Shown: one piece after another, positions 8,266 through 15,826 of the stretch
Layout of the letters: the number at the start of each line of letters is the position of its first letter
Position numbering within the stretch: position 1 is the stretch's first letter
Notes under the pieces: generated by a model
Database searches by the model: none
The model's input: the letters and a program-made list of their open reading frames with translations, nothing else
What the model was told of the DNA's origin: nothing
Made by a program: the position numbers and the translations under genes
Source of the DNA: a virus
DNA length: 20,537 nt
Direction: 5' to 3' (one strand)
IMG/VR virus record: IMGVR_UViG_3300014202_001519

Positions 8266-8626
8266 CTTTTGTGATTTTCTTTTTTGGTTTTTCAACTTTC
8301 GGCTCCACTACTGGTTCCACTTCAACAGGCTTCTTCTTCCCCCGTTTACTAATTGGGGGCGGAAGCGGAGCTTTAATTTCGGGTTTCTCTTTAATTTCGG
8401 GTTTCTTTTCCCGTTCAATCACCTTCCTGTGAACAATCTCCATTAACTTCCTATCAAATACTATAGCAGACCTTTGGTGTTTTTCAGCGGCTTCGTCAGC
8501 TTTGGCTTGTGCTTCATTAAGTTTTTGAGACTCAAAGAAGTCCTTATAGCATTGAAAGTCTGTCACATCCTGTAAAGATGCAACAAATCTCGGCCCGTCA
8601 TCCTTCCAGGGTCTTTCATCTGCCAT
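8252..8626 (-). CDS. Hypothetical protein with Lys/Glu/Pro-rich tail
   Basis: Start likely MADERPW (GAGG SD); KPEIKE duplication. Confidence 0.7.
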   Translation of the reverse strand: MADERPWKDDGPRFVASLQDVTDFQCYKDFFESQKLNEAQAKADEAAEKHQRSAIVFDRKLMEIVHRKVIEREKKPEIKEKPEIKAPLPPPISKRGKKKPVEVEPVVEPKVEKPKKKITKDDYF

Positions 8627-8807
8627 TTTTAGCCTCGACAATCACTACGGGTTCGACCATGTTGTTAATATGATGTTCACAAGTCAGGCAATGGGCTTCA
8701 CCCTTCTTGGCCACCTCTCCGTAGCTAATACCCCAACAACCACCAGCACATTGATGCTCGTCAGGATGCATGTGGCACCAGAGCGGAACTTGGTCAAGAC
8801 TGTACAT
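8616..8807 (-). CDS. Small Cys/His-rich hypothetical protein
   Basis: GGGGAG SD; CHMH..HQCAGGC...HCLTCEHH. Confidence 0.65.
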   Translation of the reverse strand: MYSLDQVPLWCHMHPDEHQCAGGCWGISYGEVAKKGEAHCLTCEHHINNMVEPVVIVEAKNGR

Positions 8808-8815
8808 AACTCCCC

Positions 8816-8862
8816 TTGAAAATTCGGAAATTCAGCATATCATGTTCTGGAGATTCTCACAA
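8816..8862. promoter_or_regulatory. Overlapping divergent sigma70-like promoters
   Basis: Plus: TTGAAA(8816)-16-TATCAT(8838); minus: TTGTGA(8862)-17-TATGCT(8839). Confidence 0.45.
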
Positions 8863-8872
8863 GGAGGTTCAA

Positions 8873-9052
8873 ATGGATTTCCAAACCACTCTGTTGCGGC
8901 TGCGGGACAAACTTGAACGGGATTTTCAATTCCGCCGTTCTGATCTAGTTGGTGGGAAACCAATTTCTCAAAGCACCGAACCCATTGCCCTATTCCTGGC
9001 ATGGTTAGAGAACACGCCAGAAGCACAACAAATTATTAAAGATTTGAAATAG
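8873..9052 (+). CDS. Small hypothetical protein on the counter-strand
   Basis: AGGAGG SD then MDFQTTLLRL; 59 aa. Confidence 0.7.
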   Translation: MDFQTTLLRLRDKLERDFQFRRSDLVGGKPISQSTEPIALFLAWLENTPEAQQIIKDLK

Positions 9053-9058
9053 GTCGAA

Positions 9059-9481
9059 TTACCATCGTTCCTTCCCCAGCCATGAGTCATTGGTGCGATG
9101 CTTGCCAAGACCCAATGTATCAAACTCGTCCTTGTCGCCTTCGCAAACAACGCCCAATGCTTTCATAGCATTGTCTATGTTGCCACCGTATCGCTCGCGG
9201 TATCTGTGCTTATTACCCTTAATCCAGGTAATAGCACTTTGCTCGCCCGCGCCGCCAAAGTAGTCCGTTTCAATCCAGGCAATAGAGTCTTTGCCAAGTT
9301 TCTTAGCCAGCCACTTCATCGGCTGTGGGTTATACTTATAAACTTCATCGTATAACTCGCTACCCAATGGCAGAAAGGCCATTCCTTGTGCCAAAGGAAT
9401 CACTTGTGCGTTAGTCAAATCCTTTGTTTGTTCTTTTAATTTGTCTTCTGGACCTATAAAACCAGATATATGATGTGTCAT
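9059..9481 (-). CDS. Conserved hypothetical protein
   Basis: IETDYFGGAGEQSA...DEFDTLGLGKHRT, a motif I recall from an uncharacterised bacterial/phage family. Confidence 0.8.
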   Translation of the reverse strand: MTHHISGFIGPEDKLKEQTKDLTNAQVIPLAQGMAFLPLGSELYDEVYKYNPQPMKWLAKKLGKDSIAWIETDYFGGAGEQSAITWIKGNKHRYRERYGGNIDNAMKALGVVCEGDKDEFDTLGLGKHRTNDSWLGKERW

Positions 9482-9483
9482 TT

Positions 9484-9774
9484 CTAATCTCCTAACACAC
9501 TATCAATACGCTCATATATTGCTTTCTCTTCTTCTGGTGTCAATACTCGATCTGGAATCGCTTCCAACTGAATTTCAACTGCTGTTCCAGCTTCAATGGT
9601 AGAACACTTAAAACGCCGCCGCTCCCTAATGCCCTTGGCTAAAAGCTCTGCGGCGGGGTAAGTTCCGTACATCATATCGCCATGCTCTACACTCTTGAGT
9701 GTTACATAAGCGATACCGTCACGCATTTGGTCAACGAAACCTTCAAAATTTTCAAGAGTTTGCATGTTCATCAA
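9484..9774 (-). CDS. Hypothetical protein
   Basis: ~96 aa, TAG stop. Confidence 0.7.
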   Translation of the reverse strand: MMNMQTLENFEGFVDQMRDGIAYVTLKSVEHGDMMYGTYPAAELLAKGIRERRRFKCSTIEAGTAVEIQLEAIPDRVLTPEEEKAIYERIDSVLGD

Positions 9775-10237
9775 GCAGGTCTTCTCGCAGACCTGTTAAG
9801 GTTTCACCTAACCAATTTGTCCCACGCCACTTGTCACGATCTTTGGCGTCTTTATCAGTCGCCCTTAACCCAATGCCCCAAATACAATCATAGGGACTCG
9901 CTTCTACTAGCGTCGTCCCCTTCGTTGCCAAGAGTTTTTCTAATAGGTCAGGGTTCTGTGTGAACTTGGCGTAATTGCCTTCGTAAACATATTCCCTGGC
10001 AACGTTGTTCCAACGCTCAGCATTGAAACCTTTAACTTGCCGTCCCAGCTTCTTCTGTTCTTTTGGGCTATCCTCTGCCATAATACGCTCAAGCGTATCA
10101 TAATCATCAAACAGCTTGGCTTTCATCGCCATCATAAACTGCTCAGCACAGTTGTATGTTACGTCATCAAACTTGAATTTACACGGTTCCCATTGAGAAA
10201 ATGGACCGTCCCAAAAGAATGTAAATTGTTCGCTCAT
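9752..10237 (-). CDS. NADAR (YbiA-like) family protein
   Basis: FSQW..C.F..D..YNCAEQFMMAMKAKLF, KKLGRQVKGF, KFTQNPDL, LVEASPYDCIWGIG, GTNWLG..L. Confidence 0.93.
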   Translation of the reverse strand: MSEQFTFFWDGPFSQWEPCKFKFDDVTYNCAEQFMMAMKAKLFDDYDTLERIMAEDSPKEQKKLGRQVKGFNAERWNNVAREYVYEGNYAKFTQNPDLLEKLLATKGTTLVEASPYDCIWGIGLRATDKDAKDRDKWRGTNWLGETLTGLREDLLDEHANS

Positions 10238-10321
10238 TTATAAAACCAAGAGAATTATAGCCGCAATAATTGCGACTATCCAGAACCAAGCATGACGCAA
10301 TGGTTCAAAATATAATTTCAC
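10238..10321 (-). CDS. Putative 27-aa single-TM peptide (not in ORF track)
   Basis: GTG start; MKLYFEPLRHAWFWIVAIIAAIILLVL; stop TAA abuts the NADAR ATG. Confidence 0.45.
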   Translation of the reverse strand: MKLYFEPLRHAWFWIVAIIAAIILLVL

Positions 10322-10337
10322 AGCATTCCAAATTAAG

Positions 10338-10412
10338 TGGGCCATATTGGATTTGAACCAATGACCTCCACCATGTCAAGGTGGCGTCCACTCCAAGCTG
10401 GACCAATGGCCC
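10338..10412 (-). tRNA. tRNA-Val(GAC)
   Basis: GGGCCAT/ATGGCCC acceptor, GTCC/GGAC D stem, CCACC-TT GAC AT-GGTGG, TTCAAAT T loop. Confidence 0.92.
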
Positions 10413-10835
10413 TTAATCTTTAGAACACCAAGTTTCTTTTGAAATAGCAACTTTATCTGGATCGCTACTCCACCATTCCGCCATATACCATTCATTGTCT
10501 GGCATACATTCACAAACAATATTATGCCTATCCTTACCAGTTGTGTCTATTAACGTAGGAAAAATTCTTCTCATCGAAAGACCATTAGCACATCTTTCCT
10601 CTTGATGTGCGACAATCTGCTCTCTTGTATACCGATCCGATGGAACAAATTTCTTCTCGCACTTAACAGGTACTTTAGATAAAGCTGCCTGAACTACCTT
10701 ATAACATCCTTCACAATATCTATCATTGTTATATGGGTAGTTTACTTCATCCCCACCATAGAATGATGGATGATAAATGTAAGATTGCTGACAGTGATGA
10801 CACCTAGTTCTTGTCGCAGTCGTCATGAGCAACAT
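10413..10835 (-). CDS. Hypothetical zinc-binding protein
   Basis: CHHC...CEGC; stop abuts tRNA-Val +1. Confidence 0.75.
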   Translation of the reverse strand: MLLMTTATRTRCHHCQQSYIYHPSFYGGDEVNYPYNNDRYCEGCYKVVQAALSKVPVKCEKKFVPSDRYTREQIVAHQEERCANGLSMRRIFPTLIDTTGKDRHNIVCECMPDNEWYMAEWWSSDPDKVAISKETWCSKD

Positions 10836-10843
10836 CCTTACAG

Positions 10844-10914
10844 TGGAAGATACGGGATTCGAACCCGTAATTCTACAATGCCATTGTAGCGTGATCCCAT
10901 TTCACTAATCCCCC
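10844..10914 (-). tRNA. tRNA-Ala(GGC)
   Basis: GGGGGAT/ATCTTCC with G3:U70, A73; CTACA-AT GGC AT-TGTAG. Confidence 0.92.
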
Positions 10915-10915
10915 A

Positions 10916-11098
10916 TTACCAAGTCTCGCCTCTTTCCTTAAGCAACTGTGCCGCAAACGCAGACGCTTCTGGTTGCCACTTGCCATATTCAGCGAGGTAT
11001 TCATCGTGGCCAAACGTCCCGTCCGAACCACCCTGATATATAAAATAGTAGGGGTCATCTGCTATTTCTATTTTCAGGCTTTCAGGAAGTTCTCTCAT
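10916..11098 (-). CDS. Hypothetical protein
   Basis: 60 aa; stop 1 nt before tRNA-Ala. Confidence 0.6.
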   Translation of the reverse strand: MRELPESLKIEIADDPYYFIYQGGSDGTFGHDEYLAEYGKWQPEASAFAAQLLKERGETW

Positions 11099-11297
11099 TT
11101 TTCATTGCCTCATACAGCGTTCTCTTATCACCAACAGCTTCTCTTTCTAACCGCTTCTGCGTGAAGATTTCCAGAGCCAGTTTGAAACCCTCTTCACCAA
11201 TCTCCAGAATCACCATTTCCTTCAAATCTTTGGTGGTTAGCTCAAACTCATGGAACGCTGTGTAGTATAAGACGAAAGCTTCGAAATTAGGGTCCAC
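11082..11297 (-). CDS. Hypothetical protein
   Basis: 71 aa, GGAGG SD. Confidence 0.65.
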   Translation of the reverse strand: MDPNFEAFVLYYTAFHEFELTTKDLKEMVILEIGEEGFKLALEIFTQKRLEREAVGDKRTLYEAMKNERTS

Positions 11298-11535
11298 TCA
11301 AATACTCCTCCAACGTTTCAATATGAGCATCTGTAAGAAACATAGCAATATTCATTTTTGATTTTATTACTTCTTGATCCCTTGGCAACTCATTGGTGTA
11401 TTTCTTCATTACCAAAATAAAAGACCGTATCGCCTTAACAGATTCAATTGCTTGCTTCTTGTCTTCAGGCAACTTTATACCTAACCACAACCGCATTTTT
11501 GCTAAAACCCATACAATCATCACATACACCGCCAA
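11287..11535 (-). CDS. Hypothetical protein
   Basis: ~82 aa, start uncertain. Confidence 0.55.
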   Translation of the reverse strand: MAVYVMIVWVLAKMRLWLGIKLPEDKKQAIESVKAIRSFILVMKKYTNELPRDQEVIKSKMNIAMFLTDAHIETLEEYLSGP

Positions 11536-11959
11536 GACTATTTATATCTCCAATCAAATATTGTTTCAATTCTTTATTATCCAATATTTCAACTAAAGTG
11601 CCAGGTTTGTTTAACTCCTTACCACAGAAGGACTTCTGACGCTCTGCTTTATCATTAATCTCGATCTGTGTCTTGTAAGCCACCCACGCTGGTTGAGTCT
11701 TCATCCATTCTTGAACCTTCTTGCTAAACTTTTTATACTTCCTTTCTGCTGCCTTGTATTCCTTGGTTTTAACGATCCTCTCATATTCTGGCGTGTTAAA
11801 TCTCGCACCACCTAGCAGTGAGTCAAATTCTTTATAAGCCTGTTCCGTGGTCTTGCCAAATTCTTTCTTCATCTCGTTTTTCAAAAGCGGAGGCGATGGC
11901 ATATCCTTCCAGTCCCCATAGAAGGTCCAAGGCAAACCACACTTAATCCACTTGCTCAT
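11465..11959 (-). CDS. Hypothetical protein
   Basis: 164 aa, ATGA-coupled; YLIGDINSLGGVCDDC C-terminus. Confidence 0.75.
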   Translation of the reverse strand: MSKWIKCGLPWTFYGDWKDMPSPPLLKNEMKKEFGKTTEQAYKEFDSLLGGARFNTPEYERIVKTKEYKAAERKYKKFSKKVQEWMKTQPAWVAYKTQIEINDKAERQKSFCGKELNKPGTLVEILDNKELKQYLIGDINSLGGVCDDCMGFSKNAVVVRYKVA

Positions 11960-12354
11960 AGGAATTTCTTTTTCTTCCCCGTTCGAGGAATCAAGTCCTT
12001 ATCCCACATATTAAACATGAAAATACCTGGGAGGTCTTGCGTGAAGGCTCTTAGATGATACCCCCACTTGGGATCGCCTGTTTCAGTCACCGTAGCCCTG
12101 ATATAGTCCTTGATTAGAGAAAATTCACCAGGCTTTACATAGACCTTATCACCAACTTTGAACTTATTAGTTGTGTGCCACTTGGCCCAAACTTCTTCGC
12201 AAACTTCCAAATATGTTTTAATGTTTTCTGGTTTCAGGAAACCATAATGATCTTCAATACCACGCTCCAAACAGAGTCCTTTTAAGTCCTCTCTGGCATC
12301 CTTACCGCACATAAAGATGCGGTCATAAAACAGCATGGTTTCCTGATTAATCAC
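11956..12354 (-). CDS. Hypothetical protein with possible SH3/KOW-like C-terminus
   Basis: KFKVGDKVYV motif. Confidence 0.7.
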   Translation of the reverse strand: MINQETMLFYDRIFMCGKDAREDLKGLCLERGIEDHYGFLKPENIKTYLEVCEEVWAKWHTTNKFKVGDKVYVKPGEFSLIKDYIRATVTETGDPKWGYHLRAFTQDLPGIFMFNMWDKDLIPRTGKKKKFL

Positions 12355-12761
12355 AGGTTATCCATTACTTTTCTAGCGAACAAAAGGTATCTTAAAGGAA
12401 CCAACCCATTGCGGTCCCTAACTTTCCTGCCTTTTCTGAGAGGATTAAACCCATCCCCGCCAAACTGACAGGATGTAAAGTCTACCTCTTCGCCGTTAGG
12501 CAATCTATTCCAGTAATGCGGTTCGCCTTTAATGCGGCCTGTTACGATAACACCGCCATATAGCGCTTGAATTACTGTTGCAGCGGCGGCACAATGAAGA
12601 TAGAGAGGTGACTTTACTCTTTTTCTTCTATATTGTTCAGGCCAGCAAGCAGTGTCTGGACCCGCAGATTTGAGCAGAGCTTTTCGGATTCTAACGCGCT
12701 CTTTTTCCAAGAGCCGTCTGCCATCCACTTGTGACACCACTTTTGATCGCTGTTTGAGCAT
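12351..12761 (-). CDS. YunG-like protein
   Basis: HCAAAATVIQALYGGVIV...HYWNRLPNGEEVDFTSCQF; start uncertain. Confidence 0.65.
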   Translation of the reverse strand: MLKQRSKVVSQVDGRRLLEKERVRIRKALLKSAGPDTACWPEQYRRKRVKSPLYLHCAAAATVIQALYGGVIVTGRIKGEPHYWNRLPNGEEVDFTSCQFGGDGFNPLRKGRKVRDRNGLVPLRYLLFARKVMDNL

Positions 12762-12910
12762 TTAGGACACACCCAGCCATCATTGGTTGCTACCAAGGTT
12801 TGATGGTCGCAATGAGTAAATGGATGAAAATGCTCGCACGCCTGATAAGCATTCAGGCTTTGAACTTCCTCATCCGTCCACGGTGCTAAGTTCAAATTAT
12901 AGTCTAGCAT
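12614..12910 (-). CDS. Hypothetical zinc-binding protein
   Basis: Start MLDYNL 2 nt after tRNA-Glu; APWT.EEV.SLN.YQ....HPFT..C...LVAT.DGWVCPKC. Confidence 0.7.
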   Translation of the reverse strand: MLDYNLNLAPWTDEEVQSLNAYQACEHFHPFTHCDHQTLVATNDGWVCPKCSNSDQKWCHKWMADGSWKKSALESEKLCSNLRVQTLLAGLNNIEEKE

Positions 12911-12912
12911 AG

Positions 12913-12984
12913 TACCCCGTATGGGAATCGAACCCACCTATACTGGTTGAGAGCCAGTCTACATCACCTGACGTATCACGGGGC
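12913..12984 (-). tRNA. tRNA-Glu(CTC)
   Basis: GCCCCGT/ACGGGGT (G1:U72), ACTGG-CT CTC AA-CCAGT, TTCGATT. Confidence 0.9.
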
Positions 12985-12990
12985 ATGTAA

Positions 12991-13257
12991 GGGGGTAAGA
13001 ATGAGCCGCGAACGGTTGTCATCCCTGGCGGTTCATAATCCTTTATAGGATATGATTACCACCTAAACCCCCACCTTTCGTTTATGGACGGAAAGGCTCG
13101 GTCCACCTCTTTTTATGACTTAGGTTGGTCGTCCTGATTTAAGGACAACAGGCTATGTCCCTCACTGACGCAGCCAGCGCGCTCCACAACGTTTAAGTCC
13201 CTATGGAGTAAGACTATGCAACGTTTAGGGCCGATTGCACAGGGCCACCCGAAGGTA
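12991..13257 (-). ncRNA. Structured ncRNA: UUCG hairpin, five tandem H-type pseudoknots, then a three-way junction
   Basis: No ORF >=60 aa; repeated stem1/stem2 crossing pairings each joined by a TAAA linker; G-U pairs favour the minus strand (see findings). Confidence 0.7.
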
Positions 13258-13656
13258 TCAATGGTTGTCCTGTAAGTAGAGCCAATTTGCTGTTAGCCAT
13301 ACTCCGATACTGGACAACTTGCCATAAGCTATATAAAGATTCGTTTTATCGCCGTAAGCGTCCCAAACAGCAGAATGCTTGCCGTCTTCAAACCTGTATT
13401 CACCACCCAAATCCGCAACCACTTCCTTGAACTTGGCGACTTTCTCTTCTGGTTTAACTGAATAGACTGCCAACGTATCTCTCATAGTGATACACTTGGC
13501 ACAATCCTTCTCGCTAAATGCGTCGTTACGGAATACCTGTTGTGGAATCTTTCGGCCACAAAGGGTCTTCTTACCATCTATTGTATGATGATTATTCGAC
13601 CACTTGCCAGGGCCGCGAGTAGTCAGGGATTGCCACGCAATACGACGCACCATCAT
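13258..13656 (-). CDS. Hypothetical protein (zinc-binding N-terminus)
   Basis: HH...TLCG...CAKC. Confidence 0.75.
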   Translation of the reverse strand: MMVRRIAWQSLTTRGPGKWSNNHHTIDGKKTLCGRKIPQQVFRNDAFSEKDCAKCITMRDTLAVYSVKPEEKVAKFKEVVADLGGEYRFEDGKHSAVWDAYGDKTNLYIAYGKLSSIGVWLTANWLYLQDNH

Positions 13657-13862
13657 AGGCTCCGCTGATAGTTGATGATATAATCCGCCATATCATCAAT
13701 TGATAAAGGCATTATATCTTCTGTGTCTTCCTTCAATCTAAATAAGTATTCGTCTATGATTAACGCTTCCTTTTCCTGTTCATCAAAATGGTTAATCATG
13801 TTGAAACTATAGCCAAGGTAAAGCAAAGCCTTGTCTACTTTATTGAGCCACACGTTCCTCAT
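13653..13862 (-). CDS. Hypothetical protein
   Basis: 69 aa; ATG 2 nt after tRNA-Ile discriminator. Confidence 0.7.
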   Translation of the reverse strand: MRNVWLNKVDKALLYLGYSFNMINHFDEQEKEALIIDEYLFRLKEDTEDIMPLSIDDMADYIINYQRSL

Positions 13863-13864
13863 AG

Positions 13865-13954
13865 TAGGGGATGAGGGAATCGAACCCCCGCTTTAGCTTT
13901 ATCAGAGCTTACCCGCCGTATAAAAGCGGTGTGCTACCATTACACCAATCCCCC
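13865..13954 (-). tRNA. Atypical 90-nt tRNA-Ile(TAT) with 23-nt extra arm containing a CT-GAT-AA loop
   Basis: GGGGGAT TG GTGT AATGGTA GCAC A CCGCT TTTATAC GGCGG GTA AGCT CTGATAA AGCT AAAGC GGGGG TTCGATT CCCTC ATCCCCT A. Confidence 0.85.
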
Positions 13955-14173
13955 AACATTCAATATTCTTTGCAGATTATATATGGGACTCATGATTTGT
14001 CCCATCAATAATTCTATCTGACGACGATGTTCGTCGTCTTCATCCATAGCCAATCCCACAACAGGTGGGTTAGGTGGCAATCCCATTACAGCACAAGTCT
14101 CGCCGCACTGTAATCCTTCACCAACACCACGCCAGGGATAACCAACCATGATTCTCATTTCTTCATACTCCAC
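13940..14173 (-). CDS. Hypothetical protein
   Basis: 77 aa; stop codon lies inside the tRNA-Ile D arm. Confidence 0.55.
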   Translation of the reverse strand: MEYEEMRIMVGYPWRGVGEGLQCGETCAVMGLPPNPPVVGLAMDEDDEHRRQIELLMGQIMSPIYNLQRILNVGGLV

Positions 14174-14514
14174 ATTTTAGCAAAACTCTCAGCCATTTTC
14201 CAGCCCCTGTCTGTAGGCTCAAACCTGGCAATCGGTGAAAGGTATTTTGAGTTTTTGGAAAAATGCGGATCAATTAACTTTTGACCACGCAATGACTTTG
14301 CTGTAACGCCTTCAAAAACCAAAATCTTTCGACCTTCATAGTTCTTGCAGTCGGGATACTGAATATCAGCAATCAGTATATTCCCCACTGTTAGAGTATC
14401 AATGATCTTATAATTAGCGGGGTCAGGATTCCCAGGCGGAACGTCCACGGGAACAACTTTATATGGTTGTTCAGGCGGGTAACGGTCTGCTGAAAATAAT
14501 CTAATGACGCCCAT
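14155..14514 (-). CDS. Conserved phage hypothetical protein
   Basis: NPDPANY..YPDCKNYEGRKILVF..DPHF..SPIARFEPT..GW, a pattern I recall from large phages. Confidence 0.8.
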   Translation of the reverse strand: MGVIRLFSADRYPPEQPYKVVPVDVPPGNPDPANYKIIDTLTVGNILIADIQYPDCKNYEGRKILVFEGVTAKSLRGQKLIDPHFSKNSKYLSPIARFEPTDRGWKMAESFAKMWSMKK

Positions 14515-14794
14515 GTTTTTTATCTACCCCTAAGAACTCCCTTAATTCCTCTAACTTGCCTTCCTCTCCCGCTTCATAAGCATCTGTGTGCGTCATAGGA
14601 AGCAATTCTTCCAGGTCTGTGACGCTGTGATAAGTGAAACTGCCTGGAGAGAAATACTTCCATGTATCAGGACCGTCTTGAAGAGTAAAATAATATCCAT
14701 GTAGCTTCATTCGCCAAATGTCTACAAGGATACCATTGTTATTCTTTTGTTGCTCAAAACCTAATTCTTTAAGCAATTCAACGGTGATTTTCAT
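14501..14794 (-). CDS. Hypothetical protein
   Basis: 97 aa, IT.ELLKELGF start. Confidence 0.7.
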   Translation of the reverse strand: MKITVELLKELGFEQQKNNNGILVDIWRMKLHGYYFTLQDGPDTWKYFSPGSFTYHSVTDLEELLPMTHTDAYEAGEEGKLEELREFLGVDKKHGRH

Positions 14795-15012
14795 TTTTTG
14801 GCTTTCTCAACTTCTAACCAGCCGCACTTACAACCACCCCAAAATAGTGATTTGATATCACAAGTGCATTTGGTTGGGCCTGTCACAAAAGCACCACACT
14901 CACTATTGCCGTTTGCGTTTCTTCGATAACCACAAGCGTAATAGTGTTTATCTTCTTTGGCAACAACTTTGTTTATACCGCAAACAGGACATTTAGAAGT
15001 ATTGTCTGTCAT
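14791..15012 (-). CDS. Small Cys-rich hypothetical protein
   Basis: CPVCG..ACG..CG..CTCDIKSLFWGGCKCG. Confidence 0.7.
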   Translation of the reverse strand: MTDNTSKCPVCGINKVVAKEDKHYYACGYRRNANGNSECGAFVTGPTKCTCDIKSLFWGGCKCGWLEVEKAKK

Positions 15013-15014
15013 GA

Positions 15015-15365
15015 TTATGCCCTACCACAATAAACTTCTGGTTTCGTGGCGAAGTCCACTACCTCGTAACCTAGTTCAAAATCACTCAAACGTCGCGGCC
15101 AGTCCATCGTTTCGATCCGCCAGCCTCTGGACTTGATGTATTCAACACCTTCATCGCCAAGATAGACCGCTCCCAAAAGCCATCCTTTTCGGATATTCCT
15201 TTGAGCAAACCGCTTAGCTGTATCTTCGCTGTTGAAAGTAACCACAATGGGTGTTGGGTCATCACCTTTGCGATAGACTAGAACAGGAACCCATTTGTTC
15301 TTTTGACATTCGTTATAAATGTCAGACAATTGCATCACGCCATCTGTGCAGAGAATTGCAATCAT
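15015..15365 (-). CDS. Hypothetical protein
   Basis: Start re-assigned to MIAILC; the upstream extension runs through tRNA-Arg. Confidence 0.75.
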   Translation of the reverse strand: MIAILCTDGVMQLSDIYNECQKNKWVPVLVYRKGDDPTPIVVTFNSEDTAKRFAQRNIRKGWLLGAVYLGDEGVEYIKSRGWRIETMDWPRRLSDFELGYEVVDFATKPEVYCGRA

Positions 15366-15370
15366 TTTAG

Positions 15371-15442
15371 TACCCCTGGCAGGAATCGAACCTGCGTGGG
15401 ACGGTTTAGAAGACCGTTGCCTATCCACTAGACTACAGGGGC
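15371..15442 (-). tRNA. tRNA-Arg(TCT)
   Basis: GCCCCTG/CAGGGGT, GGA (A20) D loop, ACGGT-CT TCT AA-ACCGT. Confidence 0.93.
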
Positions 15443-15443
15443 G

Positions 15444-15650
15444 TCATTCAAATGATTCAAACGATTCAAACGATCCTAATGCGATTTCTAGCTTCTTTTT
15501 AACCGCCTCATGCAAGTCTTCTGTATTATAGTCCCTACTACAATGAGCAATATAGGTTTTCGATAATTCAGAGACGCCATACAAAAGATACTTTAATTCT
15601 TGCTTGTTTAATTCAAGAATTGCAGCAAGCTTTTTTGGTTGATTTTTCAT
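15444..15650 (-). CDS. Hypothetical protein
   Basis: Start MKNQPKK via ATGA overlap. Confidence 0.6.
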   Translation of the reverse strand: MKNQPKKLAAILELNKQELKYLLYGVSELSKTYIAHCSRDYNTEDLHEAVKKKLEIALGSFESFESFE

Positions 15651-15826
15651 TCTGGATAGTCCCAATTCCAGTCTATAGGATTATTAACACCACTGCATTT
15701 TGGGCAATAATACGGTGCAGCCGTGGCTTGTCCAGACTTCTTACGACAAATTGCGCACTTATAACGCTTTAGTCGTACCGCTGTCTTCGGTTTCTTAATA
15801 TTGCGTCTTGGAGGTGAGCCACGCAT
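15647..15826 (-). CDS. 59-aa basic zinc-ribbon protein (not in ORF track)
   Basis: MRGSPPRRNIKKPK..YKCAICRKK..YYCPKCSG..; TAATG and ATGA coupling on both sides. Confidence 0.7.
   Translation of the reverse strand: MRGSPPRRNIKKPKTAVRLKRYKCAICRKKSGQATAAPYYCPKCSGVNNPIDWNWDYPE

Noticed and set aside
8371-8406. 18-bp tandem duplication (and a 9-bp repeat near 15446-15474)
   Set aside because: In-frame low-complexity coding repeats (KPEIKE, ESF); not CRISPR or regulatory.
12991-13257. Pseudoknot array as a conventional or two-piece tmRNA
   Set aside because: No T arm or Ala acceptor with discriminator and no evident tag ORF ending in AA-stop. A trans partnership with the 17670 RNA is unsupported speculation.
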